The position numbers and the translations under genes were made by a program. Below are positions 25,579-39,507 of a stretch of DNA of 64,000 bases, piece by piece. The DNA is taken from NCBI GenBank assembly GCA_008632985.1, contig QPGO01000187.1, positions 62,001 to 126,000 of the forward strand. The letters are read 5' to 3'. Numbering within the stretch: position 1 is the stretch's first letter; every line of letters starts with the position of its first letter. This stretch comes from Psammoneis japonica. Its lineage: Eukaryota. The notes under the pieces were generated by a model. The model saw only the letters and a list, made by a program, of their open reading frames with translations, did not search any database and had not been told where the DNA came from.

Positions 25579-25739
25579 AACCGATAGACACCATTTCAGT
25601 GGTTGTGGTTTCGACTGCGAAGCGCAGGTGTAGAGACGGCAGACAGACATGTAACAAGATGGTCAGTTCTTGATTTCAGAGTGTCGGTTCATTGTGACGA
25701 TTGAAAAGAGTGCAAAGCAAAGCAGCACCTTGAGCTCGG

Positions 25740-27300
25740 CAGCCCACTGAACTCACACTCGTTCAAACGGCGCCATAGTTTACATCGGTTCCTGCCTTGT
25801 CGGCGAAAACTTCCTTGGCATTGGATCTCTGACTGCCAACCAAAGGATCGCTTTCCTCTTCTGTGTCATCGCCCATGCCAAAAGGACAGTCCGGACTTCT
25901 TGTGCACTGGTGTGACAGATGGCAGGCGAATCATTGCCGTTGTCAAGATGAAGGCCCACTGCAAATCTGCTGCCACCGCCAAGGAGTGTCAGCACATTTC
26001 TGAAGTTGGTGAATTTTCGGTTGCATCATGTGATTTGCCTGAATTGCGCAAGTTCATGCTCAAGCGTTTGCAGGCAGTTCAGGTGAGGATCTATACGGAA
26101 TGGCAATTCGAAACTGTCGTTGTCACAGTGACTCACCTTGGACTCCAACACTTCCTTGCCACAGTGTGCTCATCATGCAAGCACCCTTGGAGTCAACCAT
26201 GTCATTCTTGCTGCTGGAGACAGAGCAGGCCTTGCAGCAATGGTGGTTGTTGAGTGCTCCGACAAGTTCCTTGAAAGCCATGAAAAGTGCATCAACGACA
26301 TGCATGAGTCGGCATTGAAGTGGGCGTGCAAGGAGAGCATTGACATTCCCGCCAAAGAGCTCAAGGCTGTTGTGAAAACTGCACGAGCAAAGGTGGACTG
26401 TGAGTCATTTATGAAATCGGTGTGCTTTTGGAAAGAACTGACTGAGCCTCAGTGCTTGCCACTCCCGCTGTGCGAAAGGATCATTCCCATGCAGGATGCA
26501 CACTGGAACAACACCAAGCATGGGTCGGACGTCAAAACCCAGCACTGCCAAAGCCAATCAGCCCCAGTTCCTGTTGCATCTGCTGGAGCCAAGGCATGCG
26601 ACCGCATGCAAATGACAGCACTGCCTGACATCCACAAAGGCACTGTGCCATGTTCATTGCCAAGGAAGATCTCAACAAGCACAAATCCCTTCACGACTTC
26701 AGAAATGATGCAAAGCACAAGGTGAGCTTCAGAAAAGCACTCCTTCAATTGTCTGAGTTTTTCAAGAAGCTGAGCCAGCAAAATCTCCCCAGTTGCACCG
26801 GAACTCCTTCGCCCTTTACAACGATCGTCACACCTGTGCGGTGAAATCCAAAAGAAGCCAACCAATTTTGCAGCAAAAGAAACTGGAAAGCCCCCCAAGC
26901 GTTCCCACCTAGAAGCTCTGCTAAAACCAAAGGACAGTTCTGAAGAGGTCCCTTCCAAGCGATTCAAGAGTTGTCACAGCGCGGCACACCTGTGTTCAGG
27001 GCAAATGAAAACAACGGAAGCAAGAGGGGGAGTGGAGCTTTGGCAAGATGCATTTTGTGTGACTCCAAGACACATTGGCGCTGCTCTGGCTGCAGACAAT
27101 GGCATTGCTGCAATGGCCCCCATCCAGAAAGTGCTGGTGCACCGCACTTTCAAGATTCGTCAACACACCGCGATGGGAAAAACAGGGATCATCCAATCGC
27201 TGGAGTGCACACATGCTTTGTGCACTGTCACCCATCCATTGTGAACCAGGGATTGTCACATGTAATTGTAGCAGTGAAGAATGTCATCTTTTCGACCACC
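25740..27300 (+). pseudogene. Degenerate transposase-like gene with C-terminal Cys-rich finger
   Basis: LPLP..RIIP..AHWNNTKHGSD (similar to piggyBac-like YN..GGVD) and RCILC..KTHWRCSGCRQWHC. TpA-depleted and frameshifted. Confidence 0.45.
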
Positions 27301-27720
27301 AGCGAATTGCAGCAGTCAGGAACATCATCTTGTCTTCACAAGAGGCGTCTCGCTGGTTTTGATGCCCCGCCAATGAGAGCGATGCATCCTTTCACGTAAA
27401 ACTCGGTACGAATTCTCTTGCAATTGACACACTTGTCACAGCAAAATGTGGATGTCATGCATTGACATTTTTGGTAGGAAAAGGTTTGGTGGCAAGATCA
27501 AACATCGGTTGTTGCCGCATCATGGTTGGTTTGTTTTTGTCGCAGCGGCGCATGAATGTCGCAAAAAGTCTGTCCGTCGTACGCGACATCATGTGCTCAC
27601 CTGTCAGCAACATCAAAAATGATCGACAGACAATGGCAAACAACGCTCGTCGCCCTCGTCGTCCTCGTCGTCGTTGTGAGAACTGCTTGAGTAACAGCAG
27701 CACAGTAATCGAGCGGCGCC

Positions 27721-29555
27721 ATGAACAAACGGAAAGCCGACGACAACGAGGGGGGGCATCAATCGCCTCTAATATTATTTCCTGAAGCAAGCGACTACCC
27801 CTTCGACGATAAGTTTGTTTTTCGTGATAACAGCATGTTCCTGCGGGGACTTGGAACGCAGGCTTTGTTTCTTCGTCCAACACAAATGGGGAAATCTCTT
27901 TTTTTGCGCTTGCGAATCATTTATACAACAAGAAACTTGATCAAGCGCAACGACCGCAAGTTCAATTCCTCGCAGATGTATCCAATACCATGTACGTGTT
28001 CGACCTGAACTTTCTTCTCGTTGGCGGAAACACCCTTGAGGCCATCGATGGCAGTATTAAAAGGAGTGTGCAAGATAGAGTTGCAGAATTTGTGAACCAA
28101 AACAAAGAGGTTCAGCCTTTCTACCGAGAGCCCCATGAAGAAGCGCTGTGCGGCGAATATCTCGCAAGACTGGCCATTGCCGTGGCAGATTATGGCTCGT
28201 CGATCGCCGAGTCAAAGCAATCTTTACTGATACTAGTTGATGAATACGACAAGCCCGTTCGTGAGATCTTAGTTGACCTCATTGGAACGGGTGACGACTC
28301 TCGATGGGAGACTGTCAAGGCGGCCCTAGTGAACTACCGGAGTTTCTTTTCATCATGCAAGGCAGTCACTGATCCCAGCTTCCTCCATAGCAACGCTGGA
28401 ATGAAAAAGGTGTGCGTTTGGGTTACTGGGGTTCTCCCTATTGAATTGAGACTCATCAGCGACTTTAACCCAACAAACTACACATTCCGGCCTGAATTCG
28501 CGAGTGCTTTCGGTCTACTCGACAGCGATGTTGATTCCATGCTCAATAAAGTCGACCAAAGCTTTCCATTTCAGAACGACCAGGAAAAATCGAAAGTGCG
28601 GCATGCTATTAAACACTTGGCCAACCGCCTTTACTTTGGCGAAGATACTCCTCTGTACCAAACAAGGGTAGTCAATGGCATTATGAATGTTCTCATGTCA
28701 CCCCAAGCAAGATCTAGGTGGCTGCAAAACACCTCCAAACTCCCAAGAGGAGTTCAGTTCCAAGAGATACCAGGCTCTGTTTTCGATGTTGTCCGTCGTC
28801 AGCGTGGCACCGCAATCACCGAGGTTGCTCGGAGCTTGAGTTCTGATGAGGGGATTGTTTCTACGCTCAACGAGTCCTTGAACCTGGCCGATGTCCTCAA
28901 AAATCCTGTATCTGTACCAGACTACCTTACGCTGCTAGTCAATTTGGGCATTTGTTCCGTACGCGAAAAAGGTGATCAGACGGTGTTCACCGCGACAAGT
29001 ACCTACTTTCGCGCTCCGTTCTTCCAACGGTTGTTGGAAAACTCCCTCCAACCCCTCTTGGAAGCATCTACCTTGGACGAGCTCTACACAGATGGTGAAA
29101 TGCGAATACATGAATTTATGACGACTCTCCCGAAATCAGGTATGTCTAGTATGATCCGCTGGGCAGACCAAGCGCGGAGCAACAACAATATATTGGAGCT
29201 TCAGTTTCAGGGGTTCTTGATTGGAGAACTTGTGGGTTTGCTGTGGAATGAAGAAGTAGATACAACTCAAGAAGATAGGCTTGACTGTGGGCGGACTGAT
29301 GTAAGGATTGCTGGAGAACGTGTTGTTCTGCAACTCGAGCTTAAACAAAAGGCGACCCAGGCCGAGCCCACTGAAGCCGAAATGACAAAGCATCACGTGC
29401 AACTCTTCAAATACGTGAAGGAGCTGACTGAGAAGGAACAGAGATCTGTATCACCACGATTGGTGGCTGGTTTTGTTGTTGTGATGTTCAACAATGGAAA
29501 AGAGTTCATGGTGAAACGCACGACCTATGATCGAGGAAGTACAAGTAGTAGCTAA
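27721..29555 (+). CDS. AAA-ATPase-like plus PD-(D/E)XK nuclease protein (bacterial-type architecture); frameshift near 27900-27990
   Basis: LFLRPTQMGKS (Walker A variant), LLILVDEYDKP (Walker B), VWVTGV, and C-terminal GRTDVRI..LQLELK..QLFKY. Confidence 0.8.
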
Positions 29556-30149
29556 GAGGCTTAACATTCAGGCACGTTTACTTTGGCGTAGTGTTGCCTG
29601 GTGACGGTGAGCGTCCAGCAGCATTTATCTCATCAGCGAAACCAACTATGTTGAGTGACTCAACAGAGGTGCAGAATACTCAACAATGACAGTGAAACGT
29701 AGTTTCGCCGCGATTCCTCTAGTTATTTTTGCTAACTCTAACATATGGCGATAGGTGTCGGCTCCCCCTTATTAACGTAAGCAGTACGTTCTTGTTCAGT
29801 CAGCGGCGACTGGCCTGTCGATTTCGGTCGTTTGCCAGCCTAGGAAAGAGAGTCCTCTTGAGAGTGAAGGAATCTATTCGGATTGTACAAGTGTCATGCC
29901 AGGCTTAGAGAGATCGACCGGATTGTGCAAATGGAAATTCTATCGATGTGTATGTCCGTTGACAAAAAGGAACTAAACGATTTATTGTGCCCCGTCTGCT
30001 GTCATGCGTCTCTTTTTCCTGGCCAAACTGTGTGCGTACTTCCTGCAAAAAGGCGGCGGCTTGAGGGGAGAAGTTGTTTTCGAAGGCAGCGGTTCTGGAG
30101 GTTATGTTCGACAGAGGTGGCGAACTATAAGCACCAATTACAAATGACA

Positions 30150-30955
30150 CATGTTGGCCATGTTGTCAATGTCATTGGGACCCAACACATGCTGAAACAA
30201 GTTTTGGCAAGCCATGTGGCCATCCTGGGTGCCCTGCACCAACTTGACATGCACCAACTTTGAGTGCTCCCAAGTCATCCCCAAGATGGTTTCCAAACCT
30301 TGACATCATCCACAGCGCAAGTGTCAGTGTCTTGCCATGACCATTGACAAGAGGTGCATGGGCAATCATCTCATCACAATCATTTGAACAACCAGCCTGT
30401 GGGTTGTCAGCCTCAAGAGCAACCTCCTGCTCATCACTCATCACACACAATGCAGGCAAGGGGTGCTTCATTCTCACCAGAGCTTGCATGCAGATGCTCC
30501 CCAATGGAGTTGAAGGTCTTAGGCCAGCCTTTTTCTAGAATGGTCGGCAGCTCCTCTGGGGACTTGTGGGCTGTCTTTGCAGTCTTGAGATGATGGATGC
30601 CATGTGCAGATGCCAAGGTGATGCCTGGGGGCTCCAGCATGTGAGAAATGCGCACATGGTGATGCGCCAGATGTGCACTCAGCTTGAGGTTTGTCTCAGC
30701 TCATGGGGAGACAGCAGTGCCCAAGTTGGCTTGCAGTGGATGAGCCTGTTCACCAGGCAGCACTGGTGGCAGAGCTTGAGCACCTCCTGGATGCCTGAGG
30801 ACCTTGCAAAGCTGCCAACCCTTGTGGTTGTCCATGTGTCCCAGCTCAGAAATGCTGCCAATGCCTTGTTCATTGGTTGTGGCATGTGCTGCCGCACTGG
30901 TGAAGCCCAGATGCACACATGGTGTGGCGTGCATGGCTGCGACTTGTGTGGCCAT
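30150..30955 (-). pseudogene. Degenerate Ty1/Copia (CoDi-type) gag
   Basis: LGFT..AA..EQGI.S..EL..LCKVLRHPGG..AETNLKL..WPKTF..APLACIV..EMIAHAPL matches the diatom CoDi gag pattern, with Tyr replaced by Cys/His. Confidence 0.7.
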
Positions 30956-31963
30956 CTTGGGTCACAGGTCACAGAAATTCAGCAGAAAAAAACACACACA
31001 CGTTTGCATTTTGCCCAAAAAGTGAGCAGATTGCATGAGTTTTCAGCAATTTTGATGGTTGGACACAGGACTTGATGTCCTCTCTGTGCCACCACAGGAT
31101 CACATGCAGAGTTGTCGCATTGGACTGGCAAGTGGTGTGCACTTGGCTTGAACATGTGCACTCATCTGTTTCAATGAATCACAACAAATGACAGTGCTTT
31201 CATTCCTGTGTGAGTGTTCACATTGCACATTGTGTGAGCACATGCAAGTTGTCTCAAATGAACATGACAAACAACAGCATGTGTTTTGTGATCTGCAGAT
31301 GTTGATGTTTGCATTGTGCAAATGCACTGGGTTCCCACAGCCTGCTCAGCCCACAGCGAGTGTTTAAAATGTGTTGACAGCCCAAATGTGCAGTGCGACT
31401 GCACTGCAATTCTGACATTCTCACTCTGCGACATTCCATCACTCATGCATTTGCCTCCGCAGCAACTTGGTGACAAAAATGACATCCCATGGTCATTGTT
31501 GTGGTGCCATGCACCTGCGATGAATGCTTGTGAGACACATCAGAATTGTTGACACTGTCATCACCATGTGGTCGTGTCAAGCTCAAACAAATTCTGGGGG
31601 CAAAAATGCTGCACCCAACTGGCTCAAAATGTGACCAAACATTCAAAGATGTTTCCTGATTGTGCCCAATCAATTGAAACCCTAAATTTCAGGCAAACAA
31701 AATGTTCACATGCGCCACAACTCTTGGCACAATCAGTGCATTTGATTGTGGCTCTGACAAAGTCAAGAAACCATGCTGTTGTGATGCACATGGCAGAACA
31801 AGTGTCAACACATGCAGCGTGCAACTAAAGCCAAGAAGTGAGAGTGAGTGGTGATGTGCCATGAACTTTCCATTGTTGCCAATGTTTGCAGCTCAATGTC
31901 CTGTGAACAACAGACCACAGGCCACAGGTCAAACTCTTCATCAAGTGAACGCTGAGAAATGTT

Positions 31964-34900
31964 CACCCCTGTGCAAGGGAAGAGCATGGATGCAATGGCA
32001 TGGTGATGCAATTTAGATGTCATCAAAATTTCACACACTGTCATTTAACAACATCAAGCATTTGCACACAAAAAATGCTCACAGTGTCAGGGAAAATCCT
32101 GATCCATGCTCTCCCTCAATTCTCTGGCTGCCAAACACTGAGGGCAGGAGTTGACCATTTTTCTTCTCTCACACAACACACAAAAAACACACATCAACAA
32201 GAACCCACCACAGTGATGTCAAGCATTTTGTTGTCAACACCTTCCCATGACACGGTGCTCCTTGCTGCTGACAATGATGACTCGGGTGCACCAGGCAATG
32301 TTGTTTTTAGTGCTGTTGAGTGTGTGTCATTGCTGGCATTGCACAGCAACAACTCGCACCTTTTTTCAGCCGCTGCAGTGCCTGCCTCAGACAACTTGAC
32401 ACATGCAACCTCTGCAAAGCTGCCCGCACCCTTCTCCCACACATCTGTTGGCATCTCTGTTGATGCATTTGGCAAGCAACCTTGCAGTTTTTGGCAGGTT
32501 GAAGTTGGCTCTAAACTGCTTGTGTTGTGTGCCTTGGTGGTCTTTTTTGTCTTTGCAGTGCTCAACAATGTTGACCTGGTTGCCACATCCGTCAACAGTG
32601 TGCACGGCTGTTGCTGAATTTTTTGAACAAAGAACTCAGACATGAAGCAATTTTTTGTTTGCTCTTTGCATTGGTGGTTTCATTGATTTGTTCAGTGGCC
32701 ACAGCCAATGACAGCACCCATGATGATGATGAGTGTCAAGACAAAGACAAAGCATTTGACAGCAAGTTCAATGAGTTGATGGCAGACACTGCAGAGGAAA
32801 TGCTGAAAGAGCATCAAGAAAAGGCACAGATCAATCACATCAATCAGAGGTTAGCAGGTCCAATGGAGCAAAGCTCTGAGATCATCCAATTGCTTCAGCA
32901 GAACTTGCTGGAACAAATGGATGTGCCACACAACCTGATTCACCAGGTCAGTGCAGCTCAGCTCAACTCACTGGTGGTGTCTCAATCAATTGAAACAGAT
33001 GGTGGAACAAGAGATTGGACAATGCACTGAAGGGGAGCAGAAAGAAACCAGCCAGGAAAGCAACAACCACAGTGAACAAGAGGGAGTGCCGCTTCAAGAA
33101 TTGGAAGAAACTCTGAGTCTGTTGCACATTCTGGAGGACAGCAACAAGCCCTGCGACAAAGTCAGGTGCAAAGGCATTGGTTTTGACATGGAAGATCCTT
33201 TTGAAGTGGTCTTGTTTGAGTGCAAGATCAACGAGGAGTCCAGCAGCATTCAGACCTTTCAAGTCTTGGGCAAAAGTGAGGAAAGTGCTGAATGCTTGGT
33301 AACCGCAGCATCCTGCAGTGCTCTGCCTGACAACATTGCTGACAGCTTCAGCTGCAAAGATGGTGTTGTCGGTGGCATCTTAGCACAGATTCTGGACAAC
33401 TGGGGAAATGAAGATTGTGCTTGCATCTGATTTTGGTTTTGATTGCACAGTGACAAAGCTTGGCATTGAGGCAACAGCATTGGGAAAGACACAAATGATT
33501 TGCACTTGTTGCACAGAATTTGTGAGCACAGCGTTCAAAGTTTAAAGTCTCCAGTTGCAAGCACAGCTTGTCACAGAAAATTCAAAGGCATGAAGGAGTC
33601 CATGAGTGATTGTGGTGTTTGTAAAATGGTTGCAAAGGGGCTTTGGCATGGAGAGCACCAGTGAGCTGACAGCTTCAACCTGATTTTGCTTTTGATTCTA
33701 GCAGGTGGCAGGTCTCCTGGCAACATTTTTTGAGCTGCAATCACAAGGGGGCAGCTCACAATCCATTGAATCAGAGAGAAGCAGAAAAAAAACATCTTGA
33801 TCTGTTTCATGGTTGATGTCTTTGGCGAAAGCAGCAAAGATGTTTTTCACTTCTTGCTTGGGTGGCTTCAATGCCGTTTGCCCCCAAATCTGATGTGACA
33901 AACTTTTCCAAGTCTCAAAGGGAAGAGAGTCGAAAGATCAATCCAAAATCACATCATTGCCATCATCATTTCCATCAAAAACCATGACTTGAGTTTCCCT
34001 GTGCAAGCTCTTTAGGTCCTCCGTGTGGCAGCTTCTTGACTTCTTTCACCTTTTGGTGGCACATTTAAAACAAAAGGAAATTCGTTGCCATCTTGGTCAT
34101 TCCATGACATTGATGTCACAGATGATGTGTTCAAAAAAGTGGAGCCTTCATCCACAGAATTGATGAAAAAGGCCCTTGCATTGGTTTCAAGATGATGTGT
34201 CATCTTTGAGCACTTTGATGTCAAAACAGATGTGGAGAGACCTTGAACAATGGTGCAACTGTTTTCACTGGTCCATGATGGCAAAAGGCAAAATTTGTTG
34301 GGACATTTTTCCGGTGTGATTTCTGCATGTTTCCACACAAAATGATGGCCTCAGTTTGGCCTCTCCCAGGATGCCATTGAATGCTGTGTTTCCTTTCAAA
34401 CAAGTGTCCTGCATTCTTCATTGGTGGCCTGTTCCAGCCCCAGGGGATGAGAAATCCATCACGCAAGAGGCCAATTCTTTGTGCAGTTCAGCGCATCAAA
34501 GAACTCCTTCAAATTTGATCGTCTCGAAAATCGAAAGGTGAGTGCACACAAAATGCATGAGTTTTGTGTGCACTCACCCTTCGATTTGAAAAAAACCTGA
34601 TTTTTAAGGAGTTTGTTGCACTGAATGCAAAAATGGGCCAGTGATGGGAATCGAGCCTGTGCGCATCACCTGGAGCTGGAACAGGCCTGGTGTGTTCTTG
34701 ACTTGTCCATGAAAAGAAGCTGCGCATTTCAAGATTCAATCAACATGACATTGCAGTTGGCAAAAAAGGTCATGTTTTTTGCCCCAAATTTTTGAATTGG
34801 CTGCTTGAGTGGGAAAAAGTGTCGAAAGCTGCGGCTTCTTTCACATTTGTCAGAGGTGGCCGAGACAGCGCAGAGAATGTGCCCACATGCTTCAGCTTTC

Positions 34901-35228
34901 AGCTCACAAGTGTTTTCATCTTGGAAGTGCCTTTCATGCAAATGAGCAATCCAGAGTTTCCATTGAGTGATGCTCTTGCTGTTGCTCGCATGCTGACCAT
35001 GTTGTTTGCTGAAAACACACACAGCGCTTTTTTGCGACAACGAATCTTTGACTCCCATGATTTTCACAGAAAATGCACGCAGAAATGATTTTCACAATTT
35101 TCATCTCATGCCACCTTGATGACATGTGCATGCTGGCAAAGCTGTGTGCATGCTCAGCTCAACGAGTGTGATGATGTCATCACACACCACAGCCACATGC
35201 ATCCCACGGCAGCCCTTGCACAGGGGCG
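31964..35228. mobile_element. Non-autonomous Mutator-like (MULE) element, 3265 bp
   Basis: TIR C(A/G)CCCCTGTGCAAGGG at both ends and a perfect 9-bp TSD AGAAATGTT (31955-31963 / 35229-35237). Confidence 0.8.
34426..34687. mobile_element. 262-bp foldback MITE nested in the MULE
   Basis: TIR GGCCTGTTCCAGC(C/T)CCAGG(G/T)GATG, central hairpin ggtgagtgcacacaaaa/ttttgtgtgcactcacc and 4-bp TSD TGGT. Confidence 0.85.
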
Positions 35229-35575
35229 AGAAATGTTTGGCCAAGACAAGTGTCGCCAAAAAAATCAACTGCCGACATCATGATTTTTTTTTCTAAACAG
35301 CTCGAAATCTACTCAATCTACTTCCACTTGCCTGAAAACTGCTTGTCAGTCAGAAAACGAGCTCCTGTCGCGCCAAATGGCCTCCATGCATGACAGGTTC
35401 TTTGTGCTTTTTCAATTTTTAGGGGTGATGTGCAGACTGCACCAAGATTGCCAGTAGCCACTGCGTGAATCTTCTACGTGGGGGTGACCATTTAGCTGGA
35501 ATAATTCGACTAAATCTTTTTTTTTCAATGTTCGTCCGCCATCCGAATTCCTCGTGCTTTTTGTGTGACAAAAAA

Positions 35576-38500
35576 ATGACGCCGACCATGGTGCGTTTGC
35601 TGTTGCGACGTCGTCAATGTTGATGTGGGAGGCTGCATCGGTGTATTATTGTGTCTAGTGTCCCCATTAGAAAGCATCTATAATGCGATGCATCTTCCCA
35701 ATTTTGATTTAATGAACCATTTTGACATCTTTTGTTCTCACGCAATTTTTGCTGTGCTGTTGCTGCCGCCGACAGAGTGCGAAGGTACCCAAGACCTCAT
35801 CGGAGGAGGTTTATGCCAAGGTGGATTCGTTTATTGAACGCTTCAATAACAATGAAGGTAACTTTGATGGTTTTATCCCTGGTGAATCATTTTGGCTTAT
35901 AAGCCACAATGGAAGGAGTGAAAAGAACATCCCTGATGCGCTGCACTTTAGCAAGTTCTTGCGAATCGACCACAAGTCGTTTCTTAGTGCATATGGACGG
36001 TACCCTAGAAAGAAGATTGAAGAGAGTCACAGTCAGATAAAGACAAGTGACATGTATGGTGCAGGGCTGGTGACAGTTGTTCCGCGTGGTTCTGAAGATG
36101 AAGAGTGCACGTGCCTCAGCAAATGCCAGGTCCCACGTGATGATAGAGAGGCTAGACGACGCAAACGTAGTGAAATAGTTGAAGCACATAATTCAGGACC
36201 TATCTCGCCTTCAGCTGGTGGGGAGAACCAAGCAGCAGCTGCCGCTGGAGGGACCCCTTCTGCACCCAAACAAACCGCCACCGCGGTTTCTCCCGACATG
36301 TGCCAATCAAATCCACGGCCGACTCGTGCCATTCTGTATGACAAGATTAAGCAGCAGTTGTCACAAACAGCTCTTGATGAAGTGGCAGAGTTGATAGGAG
36401 ATTACATGTTGTCCATGTGTTCTCTGGGAGCATTGTCAGGACGCAAGTCTACCTCGTCATCGTGGGAGCACACATTGGAGAGCATTCTGTCAGAAGTGGC
36501 AAAGCCTTTGGCACTTGACCTGTCAACACTAGCAGCAGAAACAAACAAGCGGTATCATGAGGTGGTGATGGAAGATCCAAGTTACAAGCCAAGCACCGAA
36601 CTCCAAACGCTGGCGCACGGTGTGTTGCAGCAGTGCGAAACAGAAGACGGATTGGCGGAGTTGAAATGCTCCAAGAACGGTGGCGGATTCTCCACTGAGT
36701 TCATGAAGCTACCAAGACGCACAAAAGGTGGTGGTAAGGATTCAAGGAATAGGTCCATAAAAAGGAAAGCAAAGAAAATCAGCAAGTATTTGGAGAAACA
36801 CCCGAAGCAAAGCCACACGGTGCTCGAGCACATTGCGAAGAAGCGGAGGTTGACACTCATACCGAAAGACGAGCTGGCTCTCACCGCACCTGAAATCATT
36901 GCAATGAGACAATATGTTGATCCAAAATTGAGTGACAATGCTATCTACCGACTTATTACATTCTTCAAACACACCCGACCGGTTCTCAAAGGTTTGTTCC
37001 CAAGTGACGCCCGTCAACAAGTGAACGACTTCATGAAGAAGGAAGACATCCCGCTTCAAATCCGAACCATGCCATTATTTACAGACAAAAATGAAACAAA
37101 GAAGAAGTCATGTGTCATGTGGTTCCCATCCGACTTGTGTCTAGTTGTCGAGAGACTGATATCCAAAGCAGCAGTTGCTGGAAAGTTAGAAACCTCCGTG
37201 TCCTTCTCTAGTTCGCTCGACAAGATAGTACCCGTCTTCGGAATTGACAAAGGCGGGGACATCATTTCCTTGCTAATCCGAATCGCCAACCGCAAGGATG
37301 GCAACACTGCAGAGCATAGCTCAGTCCTTGCAGCTGTTGAGGAAGCTTCAGAGTGCTGGGATAATCTGCGGATGAGTATATTCAGAAACGATCTTCCTAT
37401 TCGGAAGTTCCTGCAGCTGCTCATTGACGACAAGGCAACCGTTCTCTTTGTTGAAGCAGTTGAAGACAATCGTGTCAAAGCGTGTATGCCACTTTTGCTA
37501 CAGCTGCAAGACAAAAATACGAAAGAAACAGTGTCGTCAGAGGCGGTGTCTTTCACTCGGTCGGCCGACGTTTCTTCTACTAACATCTCATTGTACGCAC
37601 CTAGAGTCGAGCCGACTATCCTGGCTATTGAACGGACAAATGAAGTGACACTCAACGCAAGTGAAGACGACTCGGTGGATCTCAAGGTGAATCTTATACT
37701 GGCAAGTAATCACGAGAGATCTATGCTATCTGAGGGTACAAGCGTCTATATGGGCATGGAAATACACGACAAGCACTCCAACAAACTGTTGTCCATGCAC
37801 TTTCCAAGTACTTTAATAGTTCCACCCGGTGCAAACATCAGGATATCCAACAAGGGGTTGTCGACTTTTCAGTCCAACGACGGTAAGCAGCAAAACATAG
37901 TGTGTGGAATCGGGACGTCCACGGTTCTGTGTCCCTGCTCCTGTTGTACCATGGAAGGTGCAGACTTCTCCAAGTATCTCCCGCGTTGGATGGAGAAGTA
38001 TGAGAAGCCAGACGAGCAAGGGAAATGGAAATATCATGACGCTCCTCTCCGAGAGGGTGAGTATGATCCTCACTTCTGCCACGACGTGTGCCGAGCAGCT
38101 ACCAACGACGGGAAATTCAAGCGTTCTGCTGCCCAAGATCGAAGCGATAAACTCAAAGCCGCGAGTCAAACAAAGGCTCCATTCCTGTCGCAGGATCCCA
38201 AGAAGGATACATGCGCCCCCTTACATTTCACGATGGGAGCTTTCTCCAGTCATCTGTTCCCCATGCTTCGCGAGCGACTCGCGGAAATTGAGCAGAACGC
38301 ATCGTGGGGTCAGCAGGTGATAGAAGTGAAACAAGATGCAGATCAGACAAGGACAAAACCATCTGAGACTTACCAAGCCCTTCTGAAAGAAAGCAGTGAA
38401 TTCGACGTGGACATTGCAAGGCACACGAGAACCGTGGAAAAAGAAAATGAAAAAGAGACGCCTGACACCAGTAGGGTCCAGCTATTTCAAGAAAGAATTG

Positions 38501-39507
38501 AAGAATTGAAGCAGCTGAAGAAAGCTCACTCAGAAAACTCTGACTTCGGGATTCTCACCCGACTGGTTCGGGGTGCAGGGATAGTGCTTGACGCTATCAA
38601 ATCGTATGAAAAATCGGACAAGAAACCAAAAGGCCCAGCATCTTACGTCTTCACGAGAGCCATTGAAGTATACGGCAGAGCTCATTTCCAGCCCATGTTT
38701 GGTGGATACAATGTCTCGAATGACGCAAGCATTCAAGTAATGGAAGAATGGAACGCCATCTGCAATGCAACATGCGGTGTATATAATGAAGAAGAAGAAC
38801 CAGAGATGCACAAGTCAATTGTTGAGCTAATGGATAAATCAAAGAAGGTGACGAAGCCTCTACTTACCATGGCCAAGTTTATGAAGACGCAGAGGAAGCT
38901 TGATGAAGTCTCTATGGTATCCTATGAAGAAGAAACTGTCAAGCACTCAAAAGCATGGCGCGAGGAGTTTCCCGACAAGAACAAACAGGCGGGCCCAGTT
39001 TTCCTCAAGCTGCACAAAGAAGAGTTCCACGGGGTGCCATTCTGTCGATGCTGGCAGATGCGTGGACGACTAAGTGAAGAAGGCTTTGAGAGCGCCCACC
39101 CATTCCTAAATGCAGTGTACAATGCGACGAAGTCAATGGTCAACACTCGACAAAGAGTGAACTGCTACGCATCCCGCATCGCGCAACGAAACTCACCAGA
39201 AGTACAGCTAGTATTACGAAACCTTGGAGACAGCTTGCAAAAAAGACCAAGGACAGTCATCACCACAAGAACGACCCGTCGTCAGCAACAAGGTACGGAA
39301 AGGATAGAGGAGCTTCACGAGACCGACTCTTCTGGAGAGTACATAGTAATTTCTGATGAGGCGGTCATCAAAAAGTCCTGGGCACCATTGTACTTCCTTG
39401 CGATGGAAAACAGGGCTCCGACATCCTGGCAGCGCGTGTTCCTGGAAGACGAACAAGTCGGGGATGAAACAAGGGCAAGCATTAGGTTCTGCAGTAGTGG
39501 TACATAG
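35576..39507 (+). CDS. Intact RAG1/Transib/Chapaev-type DDE transposase (~1250 aa)
   Basis: GIDKGG (D1), NDGK-x6-G-x9-CSCC (D2 plus Zn), PLH, KLHKEEFH and LSEEGFESAH (E). Open frame 35722-39507. Proposed first exon 35576-35590 with GT-AG intron 35591-35775. Confidence 0.8.

Noticed and set aside
35219..35235. CACAGGGG as the left TIR of the RAG1-like transposase
   Set aside because: It belongs to the right TIR of the MULE, confirmed by the 9-bp TSD.
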